Shown here: piece by piece, positions 33,856-38,399 of the stretch | How positions within the stretch are numbered: the first letter of the stretch is position 1 | How the letters are laid out: each line of letters begins with the position of its first letter | Virus record (IMG/VR): IMGVR_UViG_3300027412_000057 | Location: 1-38,399 of that record | Strand: one strand, 5' to 3' | Length of the DNA: 38,399 bases | DNA from: a virus | Taxonomy: Duplodnaviria > Caudoviricetes | The notes under the pieces: generated by a model | The model's input: only the letters and a program-made list of their open reading frames with translations | Databases searched by the model: none | Told to the model about the DNA's origin: nothing | Translations under genes and position numbers: made by a program

Positions 33856-35907
33856 TTAACCGGCGGCCACATTCTTATTTTCTCTTGGGTCTGGCCCTTC
33901 TCCGCTCAACCACATCACGGTGTCCTGATAGCTGGCTTCGGGCTGTTTTTCAGCGGGCGCATCTATAAAGTCGGCGGCGGTTAGTTCGCGCACCGGCATT
34001 TTTGGCGTCAAATCAATATAGTCGGTGATGTCTTCGAGGTATTTTTCACCCTCGATGGTGTTGCCCAGCTCTGCCTTCGCCTCGTTGATAATGCGTTCGC
34101 CGCGCTTGATCTTGCCGTCCGCACGACCTTCGCGCAGTTGCTCGACACGCGGCACAGGGAAGGCGGCGCGCTTGTGGGCGTTCCATTCGGCTTCGCACAA
34201 ATAGCGACCATCCATGCGCAGCAGCCAAACCTTGTCGGCGTTGTGCAGGTCATAGCGCACGCGCACCTCTTCGCCTTCGGCCAGCAAGTCCACCAGCGCG
34301 GTGTTGCTGTATTCGTTGCCGAACAGCCGCACCAGGCCGCGATCCGGTACGCGCCGCACTTCCGGCATCCACAACACGTCCAGCTCTGCATCTGTCGGGC
34401 CACAATCGGCGGCGTTTTCATCCAGACGACGTTCGTATTCCTGTGCCGGGGTGCGCTTGTCCAGCGAGCGGTGCGCGTGTTCACGGTTATATTCGCCATC
34501 CCAACCCAGCACCCGCTCGCAGTCGTCAATAAATTGCTGCCAGGAAGGCAGGGCGGCTTTGCCCAGCCCGTCTTTCTTGTTCATCTCCACCAGCATCTTG
34601 CGCACCGCTTCCTTGTCCGCGCCCTTCCAGGTGCAGGTCGGATAGGTGCGTGCCAGCGCGATGATGGTCACATCCCACAGCCGCTCGATCACGCCGCGTC
34701 CCTGCGGGTTGCCGGGGATGCCGGTTTCATGCGCAATGCCCTGCCGTGCCAGCGTGCCGTGCACCGGGCAATCAATCATCTTGCTGGTGTGGCCTGAGCC
34801 GTTGTCCGAGTAGTAGATCAGCGGGCGGCAGCGCGTCTGCTGCTGAGCATGGCGGAAGGCCGCCGATACCGCGATGGTCGATTCCGCCAGATCAACGCTC
34901 CAGCCCACTACGCGACGTGACACCCAGTCGATCACCACGGTGACCTCGGGCGTAAACGGCTGGCCGTGGATCGGGTGCTGCACCTTGGCCTTGAAGCTGT
35001 GGCCGTCTGCCACCCATAAGTCGTTGCTGAAAAACATGCTCACATCACGCGAGATATAGGGCAGCAGGCTGCGCCATGCTGCGCCGGTCATGCGGCCACG
35101 ATATTTGAGCGTGACGGGCAGCGATTTTTCAATACGATAAAACGTGTCCACCGCCGGGCAAGGCAGGCTTTGTGTTTCAAACCAGCCTTGTGCGGCGCGC
35201 CAGGCTTCACTGACGGGGGGGCGATTCGGACGGCAATAAAAGATCAAAAAGACATGAACATGGATCGGATTCTGCCCGTGTTTTTCGGCTTTCCCCGGCA
35301 CCATATAGCGCGCCATATCGCCCTCGCTGCGCCCTTGGCCATAGGCGGCATACATCTTTTGCAGGCGAGACACCAGCGAGGAAACCGTCTGGCCGGTCTT
35401 GCGCGGCTTGATATAGGTAGTGGCCACCGCCTCAATCAGCTCGGGGCGGGCTATCCCGTCCAGCACCCGCTCCGCCAGCTCCTGCATAGCATGGCGCGCC
35501 GAACAGGCCGACAGCGCCATCGCCGATTCAATCGCCTGGCAGATCACCAGCGATGCATCGCGCCGTGCGCGGTCCACATCGTTAAGTTGCGCCTCGGTTT
35601 TAACGCGGCGGATCAGCCCGCGCTTGACCATCGCGCCATCGGCGCGGATCACCTCATGTTTTTTGACAGCAGGGCAGGGCAGCGTTACGGAGGATGCGCT
35701 GATACTCATCACCTGATGCAGACGCTTGCCGAGCACCGCCTCGCGCACGAGCTTGGGCAGACTGGTCAGCGGGTAGAGGCGCTTATTTCCGCCTGCGAAT
35801 GGCACTTCATCAAACGCCCATGCCTCTTTGGTGGCGCGTTTCTGGCAGCCCTGTTTGCTGATACCCAGCGCCTCCGCGATGGTCTTGATATCTACCTGGT
35901 CAGTCAT
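33856..35907 (-). CDS. Mu-type DDE transposase A
   Basis: N-terminal Mu DNA-binding motif (RA.KE.W...GG..R.YP), WVADGH, YSDNGSG, NPQGRG.IER, V.VRYD.H. Confidence 0.96.
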   Translation of the reverse strand: MTDQVDIKTIAEALGISKQGCQKRATKEAWAFDEVPFAGGNKRLYPLTSLPKLVREAVLGKRLHQVMSISASSVTLPCPAVKKHEVIRADGAMVKRGLIRRVKTEAQLNDVDRARRDASLVICQAIESAMALSACSARHAMQELAERVLDGIARPELIEAVATTYIKPRKTGQTVSSLVSRLQKMYAAYGQGRSEGDMARYMVPGKAEKHGQNPIHVHVFLIFYCRPNRPPVSEAWRAAQGWFETQSLPCPAVDTFYRIEKSLPVTLKYRGRMTGAAWRSLLPYISRDVSMFFSNDLWVADGHSFKAKVQHPIHGQPFTPEVTVVIDWVSRRVVGWSVDLAESTIAVSAAFRHAQQQTRCRPLIYYSDNGSGHTSKMIDCPVHGTLARQGIAHETGIPGNPQGRGVIERLWDVTIIALARTYPTCTWKGADKEAVRKMLVEMNKKDGLGKAALPSWQQFIDDCERVLGWDGEYNREHAHRSLDKRTPAQEYERRLDENAADCGPTDAELDVLWMPEVRRVPDRGLVRLFGNEYSNTALVDLLAEGEEVRVRYDLHNADKVWLLRMDGRYLCEAEWNAHKRAAFPVPRVEQLREGRADGKIKRGERIINEAKAELGNTIEGEKYLEDITDYIDLTPKMPVRELTAADFIDAPAEKQPEASYQDTVMWLSGEGPDPRENKNVAAG

Positions 35908-36344
35908 TTTTCTTCCCCAAGCACTTTTTTGATCGCACGTTCCTGACGGGCGATATCGCCTTTCAACATTTCCAGTCTGCCCAGCTCGGCGGCCAGAGAT
36001 TCCTTGCCCGGCAACACCCGACAGCCCAGCTTGCGAGCGAAGAAATCAGCCAGCACCAGCTGCTCGGTCGCAGCATCAAAGGCGATGGCAGTCTCCAGAT
36101 TCGGGATATGCTCTTCGCTGGCCTCGCTGGTATATTTGTCCAGCGTGTTGACGCTCACCTCGCGTCCCAGCAAACGGCTCATGTCGGCGGCGATCTGGTA
36201 ACGGTCTTTGCTGCAAGACTTCACCGCCTCGCCCATCACGTGCGCGATTTCGCTGCGAAAGCGCCAGCCGCCCGCCGTCTTCGGGTGCATGGTCGGGATG
36301 CTGGCAAACAGGTCGCCGGTTAGCGTGTCCACGATGCGTTTCAT
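35904..36344 (-). CDS. Hypothetical regulatory protein
   Basis: R..IA..MS.LLG..VS...LD.YTSE...H pattern seen between ner and A in Mu-like phages. Confidence 0.75.
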   Translation of the reverse strand: MKRIVDTLTGDLFASIPTMHPKTAGGWRFRSEIAHVMGEAVKSCSKDRYQIAADMSRLLGREVSVNTLDKYTSEASEEHIPNLETAIAFDAATEQLVLADFFARKLGCRVLPGKESLAAELGRLEMLKGDIARQERAIKKVLGEEK

Positions 36345-36464
36345 GATTTTGCCTTTGGCTTGACCCGCAACCAGCCGCCCACCATCGCTACCGGTGAGGC
36401 CACCACGGCGCACTTATGCTGCAAGGCCAGCTTCAAATATCGAGTGCTGATGTAGGTTTTCATG

Positions 36465-36809
36465 TCAGGCTACCTTCAAAGACCTGCTGTCGGCGGCAAG
36501 CTGCTTGCTATTGCGCGCTCGTGCAGTTGCGTTAAACTGTACTACCTGAAACCCCTGCGGCTTACGTGACCCGTCTGGGTTATAACGGCTAGGCCAGATC
36601 ACCTTGGGGTGCACGCCGACCGCGTCGGCGATGCGCTGTTCGTTAAGCGGATAGCTACGGGTAAAGGTGGATGAGAGCGTGCTTGAGCTGGTTAAACCAT
36701 AGACCTCTGCCAGCGCGCGCAGCGTGATGCCTTTTTTATGCAGGGCGGCTTTAATGTCCGCTGGATGCCAGTCGTGATCGTCTGGTTTTTTTGCCGGTGT
36801 GGTTGCCAT
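36465..36809 (-). CDS. ner: Ner-like transcriptional regulator
   Basis: DWHPADIKAAL.KKG.TL..LA, YP..E..IA.A.GV.P..IWPSRY. Confidence 0.95.
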   Translation of the reverse strand: MATTPAKKPDDHDWHPADIKAALHKKGITLRALAEVYGLTSSSTLSSTFTRSYPLNEQRIADAVGVHPKVIWPSRYNPDGSRKPQGFQVVQFNATARARNSKQLAADSRSLKVA

Positions 36810-36844
36810 GTTGTTCGCCTTTAACGGGTTGCTTGATGGTTCGC

Positions 36845-36873
36845 ATTAAATATGCAATTGCATAGCTTGTCAA
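36845..36873 (-). promoter_or_regulatory. Early promoter (Pe-like) with palindromic spacer
   Basis: TTGACA (36868-36873), 17 nt containing TATGCAATTGCATA, TTTAAT (36845-36850). Confidence 0.75.
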
Positions 36874-36884
36874 GCGTCTTGACA

Positions 36885-37022
36885 TGGTTGTCACTATGCA
36901 TTTGCATTGTTTTTTGGAGAATAGAGTGTTTTGTATTTATAAACAGATAGTTATAGATAGCGACAACCACGTTTTTGGTTGTCGCTATCTGGTTGTCGCT
37001 AGATGATTCCTAGCGACAACCA
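36885..37022. promoter_or_regulatory. Operator array, 12-bp TAGCGACAACCA
   Basis: Perfect copies at 36958(+), 36976(-), 36990(-), 37011(+); one-mismatch copy at 36885(-). Confidence 0.8.
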
Positions 37023-37668
37023 GAAACAGGCGATTGGGTTGCGCATGAAAGAGGCGCGATCGGCACTTGGTTGGACACAAAAACAGCTTTGTGAACACGC
37101 AGGAATGAAGTTACCGTCGCTGCGCGACTATGAGCTAGGCAATCGCATACCTGGTGGCGAGGCTATAACAGCCCTGATGACTGCGGGGATCAATGCCAAC
37201 TGGCTGCTGACGGGTGAAGGGCCGATGCTGATTGATGATATGTGCCCACCCACCCCGCTGCTGGCAGGCAAAGGTGAGATGCTGCTGGCTGATTGCCGTG
37301 CAAGGACTGAGGTAGAGCGCAAGGAGTCCTTTGGCGATGCATTCGTACAGATGGCTATAGTAACAACACCCGATGGCGCTAACAGCACAGGCCAGGAGAT
37401 CAACGAACCCCTGCTGAACGCCTGCTACAGGGCGTGTCGTGACTTATATAAGGAAGGGTTTGACGCATTACCTCCTCAGGTGCAGATGGGCTATGCCTCC
37501 GATCTGTACACACTGCTGGCTCGGCTCTGTATATCAAATGGCAAAGACCTGGCGGAGGTGATGGTGCTGGAAGGCCCTAAGCTGGTTGATTTACTGTCTA
37601 TTTACAATAAGCTGGGATGGTCGCGTAAATTTCCGCCTCCACCAATGGCTGATGGCTGTTTTTTTTAA
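37003..37668 (+). CDS. Phage repressor (XRE HTH)
   Basis: IG.RMKEAR..LGWTQ..L......SL.DYE.G.R.P, IN.NWLLTGEG.M; divergent from ner. Confidence 0.88.
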   Translation: MIPSDNQKQAIGLRMKEARSALGWTQKQLCEHAGMKLPSLRDYELGNRIPGGEAITALMTAGINANWLLTGEGPMLIDDMCPPTPLLAGKGEMLLADCRARTEVERKESFGDAFVQMAIVTTPDGANSTGQEINEPLLNACYRACRDLYKEGFDALPPQVQMGYASDLYTLLARLCISNGKDLAEVMVLEGPKLVDLLSIYNKLGWSRKFPPPPMADGCFF

Positions 37669-37714
37669 CTGCAGAATGTCTTCCGCTTTGTTTTTACTGA
37701 TAAAAGGATACACA

Positions 37715-37882
37715 ATGAATGACGATAAGAAGCAGCAACAAAACAACGATCAAAAGAAGTTGAACGAAAACCTTGAATATGCGGAGCTGAGGAAAAGACA
37801 GAACGACAATGCAACGGTATCTATGCGCGTACCAATCACGCCCTCACCAATCAGGCCACCTGACAGGGATAACGATGAGTGA
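37715..37882 (+). CDS. Small hydrophilic protein, 55 aa
   Basis: AAGGA RBS; overlaps next gene start. Confidence 0.55.
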   Translation: MNDDKKQQQNNDQKKLNENLEYAELRKRQNDNATVSMRVPITPSPIRPPDRDNDE

Positions 37883-38399
37883 CAAAGAATATCTGTGGGA
37901 TAAGCGTCACGCCGTCCTATATCGCACCGAGGTTTCAACGCTTTACCATCAGAAGCGCGAACGGTTCTTTGCGGTGTGCGACAAACTGGGCAATGCTGTG
38001 GGTGTCATTGGCGGCTCAGCCGCCTTGGCAAGCCTGACTAACCCAGGGTTACTGGCTTTTATCGCACTGGCGATTACCATTGTATCTTCCATCGCGCTGG
38101 TGTTTGGTTTCTCTGATCGTGCGCGCCGTCATGCTGACCTGGCAAAAGACCTCCGCCAGCTTGAGGCTTGTATTGTCAGGTGCGGTGAACGTGATTTTTT
38201 AGAAAAAGATATTCTGTCATGGGAGGCAGATGCCAGAATGCTTGAAAGCAGGGAGCCGCCAGCGCTCGGCGCGCTTGTAGTGTTATGCCAAAATGAGCTG
38301 GCGCGTGCTCAAGGGCATATTGATCATGTCGTCCGTTTGAATTGGATGCAGCGATCACTTGCACACTTTTTTGATTTCAATGTTTCTGCGGTAGATTAA
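37875..38399 (+). CDS. Two-TM protein, SLATT-like
   Basis: YH...ERF, two hydrophobic helices, A..H..LA.....L helix. Confidence 0.65.
   Translation: MSDKEYLWDKRHAVLYRTEVSTLYHQKRERFFAVCDKLGNAVGVIGGSAALASLTNPGLLAFIALAITIVSSIALVFGFSDRARRHADLAKDLRQLEACIVRCGERDFLEKDILSWEADARMLESREPPALGALVVLCQNELARAQGHIDHVVRLNWMQRSLAHFFDFNVSAVD

Larger units (their letters stand above)
1..38399 (-). mobile_element. Mu-like transposable prophage (ends not contained in window)
   Basis: Mu gene order: repressor divergent from ner-A-B, gam, mor/C, lysis, terS/terL/portal/F/G/I/capsid, sheath/tube/TMP, gp43-gp48, fibre genes. Confidence 0.97.

Overview
Nearly complete Mu-like transposable (pro)phage of the contractile-tail type, read mostly on the minus strand. 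From the right it encodes a SLATT-like accessory gene and the repressor (+), then ner, DDE transposase A, AAA+ protein B, semi-essential genes (Gam, HU, GemA), a Mor/C activator, a lysis cassette, terminase/portal/MuF/gpG, protease-scaffold/capsid, sheath/tube/tape measure, baseplate, and an unusual multi-gene tail-fibre module. Neither phage end, an invertase nor mom is visible in the window. The most notable observations are five. (1) A promoter-bearing, cloverleaf-shaped putative RNA lies antisense to the 3' end of a MuF gene that has a nuclease-like C-terminal extension and no immunity ORF. (2) A 56-nt element is present in four equal-length copies with covarying hairpins. (3) The tail fibre is split into a chain of small proteins with N-terminal Mtd_N-like domains and C-terminal DGGxF/DFGxL motifs. 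(4) Four identically spaced late promoters appear to produce leaderless mRNAs. (5) The major capsid ORF has a signal-peptide-like leader. All product calls come from motif recognition and Mu synteny; no database searches were run.
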